The translations under genes and the position numbers were made by a program. A DNA stretch of 64,000 nucleotides from Rhodothermales bacterium (GTDB lineage Bacteria; Bacteroidota; Rhodothermia; Rhodothermales; JANQRZ01): positions 16,808 to 80,807 of the forward strand of contig JANQRZ010000015.1 of the NCBI GenBank assembly GCA_028284265.1. The letters run 5' to 3'. The notes beneath the pieces were generated by a model. The model was not told the DNA's origin. It searched no databases and saw only the letters and a list, made by a program, of their open reading frames with translations. Of this stretch, positions 19,157 through 28,536 are shown in pieces. How positions within the stretch are numbered: the stretch's first letter is position 1; each line of letters begins with the position of its first letter.

Positions 19157-21337
19157 TCAGCGCTGATCGATATCGGCAATGAGGACGTCCATCTCAGGAA
19201 GCCCCATCTGGGCTACGAGGAGAACTGAGCCATCGGTCGATGCCGCGAAGGCCGGTGCCCATAAATCAAGATGAAGGCCGGTACCAAGCGTAGAGTCCGG
19301 GTGCCCATCCGTCCATCGGACTAGGGTGGCTCCGCCGTCGGTTTGACGAAGGTAGAGTAGCCCATCGCGTGTCAGAGACCATGCGGTGGTATGCTCAGGA
19401 TGCAGGTCTGGCAGTGCGAGCGATGGAGGATTCTCGGGCACTGGCTGTCCGTCGCTACCGAGCGGGAGCGACCAGAGGCCCGAAGCGTCGGCGCGGGTAT
19501 ACCACAGAGTCCGCCCATCGGGCGAGGGCGCGAGGACGACTGCATCGGGTACGACAACCACTTCTCTGCTTCCGTCAGCGGCGAGGTGTACGCCTTCCCA
19601 GTGGTTTACATGGCGTCGCCCGACGAACAGCGAGCGACTGTCAGGTGCCCAGCGCGGGTGAGTTTCGTCGGCGTCGGTGTTCGTGAGGCGACGAGGGGTG
19701 CCGCCTTCCGCCGGGATCGTGTAGAGATCGTCCTGTCCCTCGCCCCGCATCACGAAGGCGATGGTATGGCCGTCGGGCGACCACTGCGGGGTGCGTACCG
19801 CAGGCCCGGCGAACGAGGTCAGCGGGCGCGGGGGAGTGCCGTCGAGGTTGGCTGTCCAGAGTTCGGTGTACCCGCTTCGGGTGGAAACGAAGACGGCCCG
19901 CCGCGCATCAGGCGACAGGGCAGGCATCCGGTCCAGCCTGGTTGACGGAGCCAAGGCCACGCCCTCCGTCTCGGTGTCAGAGAGATCGTATAGCCGGAGT
20001 TGGATCGGCAAGTCCCACGACTCGACCACGGCACGGCTTCCGTCTGCGCTGAGTGCCGGACCGATGGGCATCGTGACTTCGAGCGGCAGTGGCATGGGCG
20101 AGGCGCCTGTCGTCGAGAACTGCCAGAGCCGGAACGTGCCGTCCCGGTCTGAGGAAGCCAAGAGGCGTTGGCTGTCGGGGAACCAGCTAAACCGGGCTAC
20201 TTGGCTCCGGTCTGTCGATACAGCCACCGGGTCGCCTCCGCCGATCGATATAACATGGAGGTCACCGGCCATGTCGTCCAGGCGCCGGACGAACGCGAGG
20301 CGCTCTCCGTCGGGAGAGAAGGTGGGGAAGATGTCGCCTGCGGTAGCGGTGGGCGGTGTCGTGAGGCGTCGCTGCTCGCCGGTGTCGAGATCGAGTAAGG
20401 CGAGATGAAACGGGTTCGTCTCTGTAGCCTGTCTGACGGTCGCCAGCGTTCGCCCGCCGGGCGACCATGCCAGCCCGGCGGGCTGCACGATGAGATCGGC
20501 GAGCAGGCGCTCGTCCGTGCCAAGCGCTGACACTCGGTAGGGCCGACAGCCCGTGGCCTCGCAGCGTAGGAACGCGATCTCCTGACCATCCGGGGAGAAG
20601 GTGGGGTAGGTGTCGGCAGGGCCTTCGGTGAGCCGAAGCGGCGTGCCACCTTCCGTCCCGACGATCTCGATGCGGCCCATTCGGCCGCCTTCCTCGAACC
20701 GAACATAGGCCACCCGGTCGCCGGTTGGGGAGAGCGCTGCCAACCCCTCGCTTCCGGTCTGCGCGGTCACCGGGCGTGGCGTACTCATCGTGAGAGCAGG
20801 TGGGGAAGGCGATGTCCAAGGTTGCCACAGTGCGATGCCGAGGGCCACCACGACAAACACCGCGAGGATACCCCAGCCGACCATAGGAGACCGGCGAGCA
20901 GCGGGCACGGTCTCGGCGGCGGGATGTGGCCCAGTGATCTCGGCCCATGCAGGCACGGCGTCGCCCGTCGAAAGCAGCGCTGGAGCCTCAACCGGCTCGG
21001 GGGGGACCAGCATTCGGTAGCCCGTCTTCGGGATTGTCTCGATCAGCGTCGGGGTGCGCGGGTCATCGCCGAGGGCGCGGCGGAGGTCGGAGACGCAGCG
21101 GCTCAGGGCATTCTCGGTCACAACCACGTCCGGCCACACAGCATCGAGCAGTTCATCGCGGGAGACCACGTTGCCCGCACGGGCAGCGAGGTGTGTCAGC
21201 ACGCCCATAACCTTCGGTTCGAGCCGCACGGTCTCGTCGCCCCGTTGGAGTTGCCCGGCCCGAGGGTCAACGGTCCAGTCGCCCAGCCGGAAGTGGCGAG
21301 GCAGGGGGAGGGGTTCTGTGGCGTGCGGGACAGGCAT
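19157..21337 (-). CDS. CadC/ToxR-like winged-helix regulator with TM helix and TolB/PD40 beta-propellers
   Basis: LEPKVMGVL..VSRDELLDAVW..LRRALGD..IETIPKTGYR; hydrophobic segment; repeated (F/W)SPDG motifs. Confidence 0.9.
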   Translation of the reverse strand: MPVPHATEPLPLPRHFRLGDWTVDPRAGQLQRGDETVRLEPKVMGVLTHLAARAGNVVSRDELLDAVWPDVVVTENALSRCVSDLRRALGDDPRTPTLIETIPKTGYRMLVPPEPVEAPALLSTGDAVPAWAEITGPHPAAETVPAARRSPMVGWGILAVFVVVALGIALWQPWTSPSPPALTMSTPRPVTAQTGSEGLAALSPTGDRVAYVRFEEGGRMGRIEIVGTEGGTPLRLTEGPADTYPTFSPDGQEIAFLRCEATGCRPYRVSALGTDERLLADLIVQPAGLAWSPGGRTLATVRQATETNPFHLALLDLDTGEQRRLTTPPTATAGDIFPTFSPDGERLAFVRRLDDMAGDLHVISIGGGDPVAVSTDRSQVARFSWFPDSQRLLASSDRDGTFRLWQFSTTGASPMPLPLEVTMPIGPALSADGSRAVVESWDLPIQLRLYDLSDTETEGVALAPSTRLDRMPALSPDARRAVFVSTRSGYTELWTANLDGTPPRPLTSFAGPAVRTPQWSPDGHTIAFVMRGEGQDDLYTIPAEGGTPRRLTNTDADETHPRWAPDSRSLFVGRRHVNHWEGVHLAADGSREVVVVPDAVVLAPSPDGRTLWYTRADASGLWSLPLGSDGQPVPENPPSLALPDLHPEHTTAWSLTRDGLLYLRQTDGGATLVRWTDGHPDSTLGTGLHLDLWAPAFAASTDGSVLLVAQMGLPEMDVLIADIDQR

Positions 21338-21537
21338 GGAAGGGAGATGCGGTTGTGCTCAGGCTACGCTGCGTCATCGACAGATGCAAGGCTATTCCTG
21401 CTCCACAGTCACCATTTCGCTGCATAATCGCCATCGTGGAGAATCCTCACGAGGTCCGAAGAAGACCCTCAGGCGAGCGGTAGGGCGGTCGGGCTAGGCT
21501 TGGAGCGTCACCATTCACTCGACCTCTTCGCGTTGCT

Positions 21538-22770
21538 ATGGCTCCTCAACGACCCGTGTTCCACCATGCTCTTCTCCTGTGCCTCCTGTCCGGTATTGCG
21601 ATAGCGAGCGCCGCCCAACCCGTCGTCACCACACTCACCGAGCCGTTCTCCGGTAGTGGTGGCATGACGCTTCACCCGACGATCGGTGCACTCTACGTCG
21701 CCGATTTTGGTGACGCGCTCGGATCGTCTGACCCGTCGGACTGGGGGCCGGATGTGAAAGAAGTCTCGACCGACGACGGCTCGTTCAGCGTCTTCGCCAA
21801 TGGGTTCTTCATCGCCACTGGCAACGACTTCGCTTCGGACGGCACAACACTACTCCAAGTCGAACTCGGGCGCGGCTTGGTGTTTCAGGTCTCGCCGAGT
21901 GGGAATCCGGTGCAGTGGGCTAGTGGGCTAGTCTCGCCTGTCGGTATTGCGGCGGCACCCGATGGCGGTGCCTTCGTGGCCGAGTGCGGAGGGAATACTA
22001 TCCAGCGGATCGCCCCCAGAGGGACCAAGGTGCTCTATGCCAGCGACCCTGAATTCAACTGCCCCAACGGCCTCACCATCGGGCCGGACGGTGTGCTCTA
22101 CACGGTCAACTTCAACGACGGGAAGATCTTCCGCATCGACACCGACGGGACCGTGTCGCTGCTTGCCACGGGACCGGGCGGAGGGAATGGGCACGTCGCT
22201 TACGCAGCGGGTCGTCTTATCGTCGCTGACCGGGCCGGGCACCAGATTCTCGGTGTGGGTTTAGACGGGACGGTCGAGGTGATTGCTGGATCGGGCGAGG
22301 CGGGGAACGCCGACGGCCCGGCGTCCGAGGCCACGTTCCGTTTCCCCAACGGCATCGCCGTGACGCCGGACGGCTCGACGATCTACGTCAACAGCAAGTT
22401 CTCCGACGTGGAGGGCGAGTTGAATCCGACGCTCGTGCGCGTCATCAGCGGCGTGCCCGTCGCCGGAGAGGAGGAGACGCCGGAGCGTGATCAGCAAGGG
22501 TTGTTGCCGGTCGCGCCCAACCCGAGCCGGGGCACGGCGACGATCCGCTACACGCTGGCATCGCCCGCCTCGGTCGAACTGGCGGTGTATTCGGTCACAG
22601 GGAAGCGCGTGGCGGTGCTGGAAGACGCGCTGCGTGGGGCCGGGGAGCACGCCGTCGTGTGGGATGGAACCGATGCCTCCGGCCAGTTGGTGGCGGCGGG
22701 CACGTACCTCTGTCGCCTTCGCACGGACGCGGGGCAGGTTGAGTCGCGGCTGCTGACGCTCGTGCATTGA
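21538..22770 (+). CDS. Secreted NHL/SGL-type beta-propeller protein with C-terminal FlgD-Ig/T9SS sorting domain
   Basis: Signal peptide; PNGLTIGPDG, AGSGEAGNADG..ATFRFPNGIAV; APNPSR..VYSVTGKRV..WDGTD..GTYLCRL. Confidence 0.85.
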   Translation: MAPQRPVFHHALLLCLLSGIAIASAAQPVVTTLTEPFSGSGGMTLHPTIGALYVADFGDALGSSDPSDWGPDVKEVSTDDGSFSVFANGFFIATGNDFASDGTTLLQVELGRGLVFQVSPSGNPVQWASGLVSPVGIAAAPDGGAFVAECGGNTIQRIAPRGTKVLYASDPEFNCPNGLTIGPDGVLYTVNFNDGKIFRIDTDGTVSLLATGPGGGNGHVAYAAGRLIVADRAGHQILGVGLDGTVEVIAGSGEAGNADGPASEATFRFPNGIAVTPDGSTIYVNSKFSDVEGELNPTLVRVISGVPVAGEEETPERDQQGLLPVAPNPSRGTATIRYTLASPASVELAVYSVTGKRVAVLEDALRGAGEHAVVWDGTDASGQLVAAGTYLCRLRTDAGQVESRLLTLVH

Positions 22771-22850
22771 GGTAGGCGTGAGGAATCCTGTTCATTTCGC
22801 GGCACTATTGCACGGAGGCCCTCGCGGAAGATGTATACTCCGGACGTCCC

Positions 22851-23981
22851 GTGGCCGATATTCCGGCCATCGCCCGTTCGCTTCTGTTCGCCGACGTGCC
22901 CTCCGTCTCCGACCCCCGGTCCAACAAGCACGATATCCTGCAGGCTGTCTACGAGGACAACCTGCACGCGACGACCCGCGCTCCGCAGCCACGGCGCACC
23001 CATCGCCCGGTGCGTCAGGCCCCGAAGTCGGCGTTGCCCTCGCCGTGGCGGATGGCCCCGGTCGTATTGCTCGCTGTGGTCGGTGTCCTTCTCATAGGTC
23101 TCATCACGCTGAACCTCCAGCCGGAGCCGCCTGCCCCGCGCAGCCAAGCGTCGCTGCGCCTCGCCGATTCGCCGCGCCTCACGCCAGTCGCCGAACCCAG
23201 CGCTCGCTTCGATGTGCCGGACCTCGACCGGCTGCCGATTGCGGAGCTGTTTAATCTTCAGGTCAACACCATCGTGATCGACCCCGGCCACGGCGGGCGC
23301 GACCCCGGCGCGCTCGGACCGGCGGGGGGGCAGGAGAAAGACATCACGCTCGATGTGGCGCTGCGGCTCCGCGACCGGCTCGCCCGTCGCCACGGGGCGC
23401 GCGTGCTGATGACGCGAGAGACGGATGTCGAGGTGGCACTCGGTGAGCGTGTTGCCTTTGCGAACGAGAACGATGCGGACCTCTTCGTCTCGCTCCACGT
23501 CAACTCTATCCCCGATGCCTCGGTCGCGCCGCTCGAAACCTACTACTTCGGCTTGCGGGCCGACGATCAGACGCTTCGCCTCGCGCACGGCGAAAACGGG
23601 GCGGCCAATTATTCCGTGGCTGAGTTCAACACGATGCTGCAACGGGCCGGAAATACGGTTAAATTCCAAGAGTCGAGGCACCTTGCGATGTCGGTCCAGC
23701 AGTCGCTCGTCGAGACGGTCCGCCAGACGAACGCCGAGGCGAGCGACTGGGGCGTCAAGGCTGGGCCGTTCGTCGTGCTTCTCGGCGTGGAGGCCCCCGC
23801 GATCCTCGCCGAGATGGCGGCGATCAGCAACCCCGACGAAGAGGCGCGCCTCGACACCGACGCCCACCGCGAAAGCCTCGCCCGTTCGCTTGAAGAAGGC
23901 ATTGCGGCGTACCTTCAGCACCGGCCGCTCACCAACGCACCTACCCTGATCCCCACCCACGATGGCGAAGAAGACCACTAA
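22851..23981 (+). CDS. Membrane-anchored N-acetylmuramoyl-L-alanine amidase (Amidase_3)
   Basis: IVIDPGHGGRDPGA, EKDITL, MTRETD, FVSLHVNS, PAILAE; N-terminal tail then a TM segment; LAHGEN regulatory-helix-like insert. Confidence 0.92.
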   Translation: MADIPAIARSLLFADVPSVSDPRSNKHDILQAVYEDNLHATTRAPQPRRTHRPVRQAPKSALPSPWRMAPVVLLAVVGVLLIGLITLNLQPEPPAPRSQASLRLADSPRLTPVAEPSARFDVPDLDRLPIAELFNLQVNTIVIDPGHGGRDPGALGPAGGQEKDITLDVALRLRDRLARRHGARVLMTRETDVEVALGERVAFANENDADLFVSLHVNSIPDASVAPLETYYFGLRADDQTLRLAHGENGAANYSVAEFNTMLQRAGNTVKFQESRHLAMSVQQSLVETVRQTNAEASDWGVKAGPFVVLLGVEAPAILAEMAAISNPDEEARLDTDAHRESLARSLEEGIAAYLQHRPLTNAPTLIPTHDGEEDH

Positions 23982-24999
23982 GTCCACCACGAAATCCACC
24001 GCCCCACTCCACATCGGTATCGACCTCGGCACGTCCCGCAGCGCGGTCGTCGCCTCGAACGGCAAGCGAACCTGGGTCGAGAGCTACGTCGCGTGGCCCA
24101 AGGACTTCGTCGCCAAGAAGATGCTCGGCGAGGCGATCCTTTTCGGTGAGCACGCGGTCGAGAACCGGATGTCGGTCGAGTTGGTGCGCCCGCTCGAAAA
24201 CGGCGTCATCCGCGACGGCACCGAGCGCGACGAAGAGGCCGTGCGCGAGTTGATCCACCACCTCATCGAGCAGGTGGAACCTAAAGAAGGACAGCGCATC
24301 CAGGCTGCTGTCGGTGTGCCTGCCGAGGCGCTCAAGGTCAACAAGCTCGCCATCCGCGATGCGGTGCAGGAATACGCTGACGCGCTGATGGTCGTCTCCG
24401 AGCCGTTCGCCGTCGCCTACGGCCTCGATGCGCTCTCGAACGCGATGGTGATCGACATCGGTGCGGGCACGGTGGACTTCTGCGTGATGCACGGCACGAT
24501 GCCGACCGAGGAGGACCAACGCACCCTCACGATGGCGGGCGACTTCGTGGACCGACAGCTTCAGGGCCTCCTCGCCGAGCGTCACCCCGAGGCCAAGTTC
24601 TCCGAGGTCGCTGTCCGTCACTTCAAGGAGCAGCACGGCTACGTCGGTTCCGCCAACGGCAAGCTAGAGATGAAGACGGCGGTCGGCGGCAAAGCCCTCA
24701 ATGTGGACGTATCGAAGGAACTCAAAGAAGCCTGCGAGGCCATCATCCCGGCCATCGCTGAGACCGCCATCGAACTCATCGCCCGCTACGAGCCGGACTT
24801 CCAGGAGGTGCTCCGCAAGAACATCTACCTCGCGGGCGGCGGCAGCCAGATCAAAGGCATCGCCGAGGCCATCGAGGACGCACTCAAGGAGTACGGCCCG
24901 TGCCGCGTCCATACCGTCGACGACCCGCTCTTCGCCGGAGCCGAAGGCGCGCTCGCGCTAGCGCAGGACATGCCCGAGGAGTTCTGGGAGGACATGTAA
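23962..24999 (+). CDS. MamK-like bacterial actin
   Basis: Actin-fold motifs GIDLGTS, VGVPA, VVSEPFAVAYGLD, DIGAGT, AGGGS; features recalled from MamK (PKD..K.LG, P..EDQ.TL..AG, ACEA..P, C-terminal GAL.LA..P..W). Confidence 0.85.
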   Translation: MAKKTTKSTTKSTAPLHIGIDLGTSRSAVVASNGKRTWVESYVAWPKDFVAKKMLGEAILFGEHAVENRMSVELVRPLENGVIRDGTERDEEAVRELIHHLIEQVEPKEGQRIQAAVGVPAEALKVNKLAIRDAVQEYADALMVVSEPFAVAYGLDALSNAMVIDIGAGTVDFCVMHGTMPTEEDQRTLTMAGDFVDRQLQGLLAERHPEAKFSEVAVRHFKEQHGYVGSANGKLEMKTAVGGKALNVDVSKELKEACEAIIPAIAETAIELIARYEPDFQEVLRKNIYLAGGGSQIKGIAEAIEDALKEYGPCRVHTVDDPLFAGAEGALALAQDMPEEFWEDM

Positions 25000-25020
25000 G
25001 CGAAGGTCATTGGTGCTTGC

Positions 25021-25479
25021 CTAGCGCCTAGGTTGTGCCACCAGCGTTCTCAGGGCTGCGTCGCCCGGTAGAATCTTGCGTACCTCCGACGACGGGTGTG
25101 CCATCGGCTCATGGGTGTACTCGGGAGAGTCGAAGATGGAGGCGAAGATGTCCTCTCGCTGTGCCCAAGCGGTCGAGTCGGCGTACTCCGTCATCAGCAT
25201 CACGTCCCAGCCTTGCATGGAGTCTGGCGAAGCCACAAGCGCCCGGTAGGAGAGAACCGCGCGGCGCTCCAGCGCAAGGTTGCGTGCCTGCGCCCAGTTC
25301 GCTTCGATGCTTCGAAGGTATTCGGCTTGCTGACCGGGTAGGGTGCGGACGAGGTCCACGGTCCATACGGACTGCGCAGTATCTGGGTCGATGGTAGCGG
25401 TCTGTTCAGTCGGCGCTTCGAGGCAGCCTGTCATGAGAAAGAGCAGGGTGATGACAAGCAGGAGAGCAGGATCGTGCAT
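25021..25479 (-). CDS. Hypothetical lipoprotein, possibly dimeric alpha-beta barrel/NIPSNAP-like
   Basis: Lipobox MTGC; PGQQAEYLR..NW and WDVMLMTEY motifs. Confidence 0.6.
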   Translation of the reverse strand: MHDPALLLVITLLFLMTGCLEAPTEQTATIDPDTAQSVWTVDLVRTLPGQQAEYLRSIEANWAQARNLALERRAVLSYRALVASPDSMQGWDVMLMTEYADSTAWAQREDIFASIFDSPEYTHEPMAHPSSEVRKILPGDAALRTLVAQPRR

Positions 25480-25574
25480 AGCAGACTGCGGGTGAGCAGG
25501 TGGGATAAAAGGACGAATCGGGGCACTTCACACGCTGGCGGAGTGCCCCGACTCCAAGCCCTCTAACTCTAGGT

Positions 25575-26621
25575 TCAGTTCTGGCCGCGGAGCTGGGCGA
25601 GGACGCCGTCAATGCGGGCATACTGCGCCTGCGGAGCCATCGAGCGGGCCTTCTCGTAGTGCTCGATGGCCTCGGCGGTGTTGTCCTGTGCGGCCAAGCC
25701 CTCGCCGTAGCTGTCCCAGACGTTCCACGACTCGGGGTGGTCCTCGGTGTTCTTGCGGAAGATGGCGACGGCGTCGGCGGTGCGCCCCTGGCCGAGAAGC
25801 TGGTAGCCGTAGGCGTTCATCTCGTTCTCCGTGGCGAGGCCCATCGCCTCGGCGCGCATCGTCTCGGCTTCCTGCGGCTGGCCGAGCTTGTCTTTGATGC
25901 TGGCGACCGTCATCACATTGGTGAAGTTGCGGTTCATCGAAACCGACTGCTCGGCCCAGCCGAGGGCGTCGTTGAGCCGGAGGTCGTTCTGCATAGCGAG
26001 GGTGGCGATCTGGTTCCAGCCCTGCCACGAGAAGCGCGGCAGGCTACGCATCTCGCGCTCCATGTTGGCGAGCACGACTTCCGGTGTGTTGACCGAGATC
26101 GGGATGGGCACTTCCACCCGCTCCCAGTGCATCACGGCGGTGACGGAGGTGTTGGTCGGGTCGTCGAAGCGGTAGAGAAGGCGCTCGTTCATCGAGGCCG
26201 TGCGCGGCGTGACGGAGACGCGAGCGGCGTCCTCAGACTCGTCGTAGCTGAAGCTGCCCCACGCCGAGTTGATCTCGCTGAAGATGGCGGTCCACGCACC
26301 GTTCTGGTTCGGGATCAGGTGGAAGCCGTAAGTCCCGGCGTCGAGTGGCTGCCCACCGACGGTAATCTCTGAGGTGGTCGTGAATGTCGTGTTCTCGTTG
26401 GCTCCGGCGCGCCAGACCTGGCCCCACGGCACAAGCGCGCCCCAGACTTCGCGGTCGTTGACGGCAGGCCGGTGGTAGTCGAACGTGAGATCGGTCAGCC
26501 CGACGCGCTGGGTGACGCTGGCATGTTGGCTGGCGCGGGGCACGGTGAGGTTTTGCTGGGCAACGGCGGTCCCGGCGAACAGCACGACGAGGCCGAGAAA
26601 AAGCGGGAAGCGAGAGCGCAT
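25575..26621 (-). CDS. DUF2911 domain protein with C-terminal TPR
   Basis: PRAS..VTQRVGLT..YHRPAV..WGALVPWGQVWRAGANENT; N.YGY.LL..NVWDSYGE TPR. Confidence 0.9.
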   Translation of the reverse strand: MRSRFPLFLGLVVLFAGTAVAQQNLTVPRASQHASVTQRVGLTDLTFDYHRPAVNDREVWGALVPWGQVWRAGANENTTFTTTSEITVGGQPLDAGTYGFHLIPNQNGAWTAIFSEINSAWGSFSYDESEDAARVSVTPRTASMNERLLYRFDDPTNTSVTAVMHWERVEVPIPISVNTPEVVLANMEREMRSLPRFSWQGWNQIATLAMQNDLRLNDALGWAEQSVSMNRNFTNVMTVASIKDKLGQPQEAETMRAEAMGLATENEMNAYGYQLLGQGRTADAVAIFRKNTEDHPESWNVWDSYGEGLAAQDNTAEAIEHYEKARSMAPQAQYARIDGVLAQLRGQN

Positions 26622-26847
26622 GGCGACGGAGATTTAGGCGGAGAAAGACGCAGAACGTAGGTTAGATACACAATACGGCACGAAGGAGCAGTGGGTACGC
26701 CGCGCAGCGCCGTCTTGCCGCGTAGCGGAGCCGCTTCGCGTCAGAACCGTAGGGGCCGCACGATGCCCTTTCCGCAGTTGATGTCGATTTATCGTTGCAG
26801 GAGTCATGGCTGCATCGTATCTAGTAGCGTCATAAACCCGTTGAGCT

Positions 26848-27987
26848 ATGGCTGTTACGATTGGCGTCCCCCGCGAAACCGCACCGGGCGAGCACCGCGT
26901 GGCCCTCACACCCGATGTGGCCGACCGGTTGGCGAAGATCGGTTACGAGATCATCGTCGAACGCGGGGCCGGTGCGTCGGCCTATTTCCCGGACGCCGAC
27001 TACGAGGCCGTCGGTGCCCGCCTCGCCGAGCGGAGCGATGCGCTTGGGGCTGATCTCGTCGCCACCATCACGCCACCGGAAGATGAGTTGGGTGCGCTTC
27101 AGTCGGGGGCGACGCTGGTCGGGTTCTTGCAACCGCTCGACCGGCCCGACCTTAGCGCGAGCCTTGCCGCGCAGGGCGTGACAGCGTTCTCGATGGAGAT
27201 GGTGCCGCGCATCACACGAGCGCAGAAGATGGACGCGCTCTCGGCGATGAGCACGGTGGCAGGGTACAAGGCCGTCCTCCTCGCCGCCGATACGCTGCCC
27301 AAATTTTTCCCGCTCCTCACCACCGCTGCCGGGACGATTCGTCCGGCCCAAGTCCTTATCCTCGGTGCAGGCGTGGCTGGACTTCAGGCCCTCGCCACGG
27401 CGCGACGGCTCGGGGCCGTGACGAGCGCCTACGACATCCGGCCCGCCGCCCGCGAACAGGTCGAGTCGGTCGGTGCAAAGTTCGTCGAACTCGACCTCGA
27501 CACAGCGGATGCTGAAGACAAAGGCGGGTACGCGAAAGCCCTCGCCAAAGACCAGCAGGCGCGGCAGGTTGAGTTGCTGGCTCGGCACATCGCCAAAGCC
27601 GATGTCGTCATTTCGACAGCGCTGATCCCCGGTCGCGCTGCGCCGGTGCTCATCACCGAGAGCGGGGTGGAGGGGATGTCCTCCGGCTCCGTCGTCATCG
27701 ACCTTGCGGCGGCCAACGGCGGTAACTGCGCGGTCACGAAGCCCGACGAGCGCATCGTCCACAACGGGGTCCAAATCCTCGGTCCGACCAACCTCCCGGC
27801 GTCGATGCCGCTGCACGCGAGCCAGATGTACGCCCGCACCCTCGCTGCGCTCGTCACCGAGTTCACCGATGAGGGTGCGTTTACCCCGAACTTCGACGAC
27901 GAGATCGTGCAGGGGGCGTGCGTCGCGCACGGCGGCGAGGTCGTCCACGAGCGCGTGAAGTCATTGACTGATTCGCTGAATGGGTGA
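26848..27987 (+). CDS. pntA: NAD(P) transhydrogenase alpha subunit part 1 (dI)
   Basis: GVPRET..EHRVALTP, PRITRAQKMDALS, GAGVAGLQA, GGYAK, TALIPG, GGNC. Confidence 0.95.
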   Translation: MAVTIGVPRETAPGEHRVALTPDVADRLAKIGYEIIVERGAGASAYFPDADYEAVGARLAERSDALGADLVATITPPEDELGALQSGATLVGFLQPLDRPDLSASLAAQGVTAFSMEMVPRITRAQKMDALSAMSTVAGYKAVLLAADTLPKFFPLLTTAAGTIRPAQVLILGAGVAGLQALATARRLGAVTSAYDIRPAAREQVESVGAKFVELDLDTADAEDKGGYAKALAKDQQARQVELLARHIAKADVVISTALIPGRAAPVLITESGVEGMSSGSVVIDLAAANGGNCAVTKPDERIVHNGVQILGPTNLPASMPLHASQMYARTLAALVTEFTDEGAFTPNFDDEIVQGACVAHGGEVVHERVKSLTDSLNG

Positions 27988-28077
27988 TTTGCTGATTAGT
28001 CTCAACCCTTCATCCTGTGTCGCCTTCACCTATCGAAGCGTCCCAATCACTCAATCACCAAATCACTCAATCCTCCA

Positions 28078-28422
28078 ATGGATATTGCTCTGATCGTCGT
28101 CTTCGTGCTCGCCGCGTTCGTCGGGATGGAGGTCATCTCGAAGGTGCCCGCGACGCTGCACACCCCACTCATGTCCGGTTCGAACGCCATCAGCGGCATC
28201 ACCATCGTCGGGGCCCTCGTGGTCGCTGGAATGGTCGGGACGCCGTGGGCGAAGTGGCTCGGCTTCGCCGCCCTCGTGATGGCGACGGTGAACGTCGTCG
28301 GCGGCTTCCTCGTCACCGACCGGATGCTCCAGATGTTCAAGAAGAAAGACCGCAAGCTGCCCGCCGCGAAACCCGATGTGGTCTCGACCGATGGGGCGAC
28401 TCGCGAAGCCGTGAAGGTCTGA
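28078..28422 (+). CDS. NAD(P) transhydrogenase alpha subunit part 2 (membrane)
   Basis: KVPATLHTPLMSGSNAISG, NVVGGFLVTDRMLQMF. Confidence 0.95.
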   Translation: MDIALIVVFVLAAFVGMEVISKVPATLHTPLMSGSNAISGITIVGALVVAGMVGTPWAKWLGFAALVMATVNVVGGFLVTDRMLQMFKKKDRKLPAAKPDVVSTDGATREAVKV

Positions 28423-28499
28423 TCGTGAATCGCCCATCGTGAATCGCCCATCGTGAATCGCCCATCGTGAATCGCCCATCGTGAATCGCCCATCGTGAA
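28422..28499 (+). repeat. Perfect 14-bp tandem repeat (ATCGTGAATCGCCC) x5 plus partial
   Basis: Five identical units at 28422-28491 followed by ATCGTGAA. Confidence 0.95.
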
Positions 28500-28536
28500 C
28501 GTTCCTGCCGTCTCTCCCTGACCTTCTGATCCGACG

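Noticed and set aside
23962-24999. Calling the actin mreB, or evidence of magnetotaxis
   Set aside because: No mreC/mreD/pbp2/rodA context and the motifs fit MamK better; a single mamK-like gene without mamABEMQ does not show magnetosomes.
26848-28422. Frameshifted pntA
   Set aside because: Split alpha1/alpha2 transhydrogenase is a well-known architecture (e.g. Rhodospirillum rubrum, Thermus).
28422-28499. Possible CRISPR array
   Set aside because: Contiguous 14-bp units with no spacers and no cas genes.
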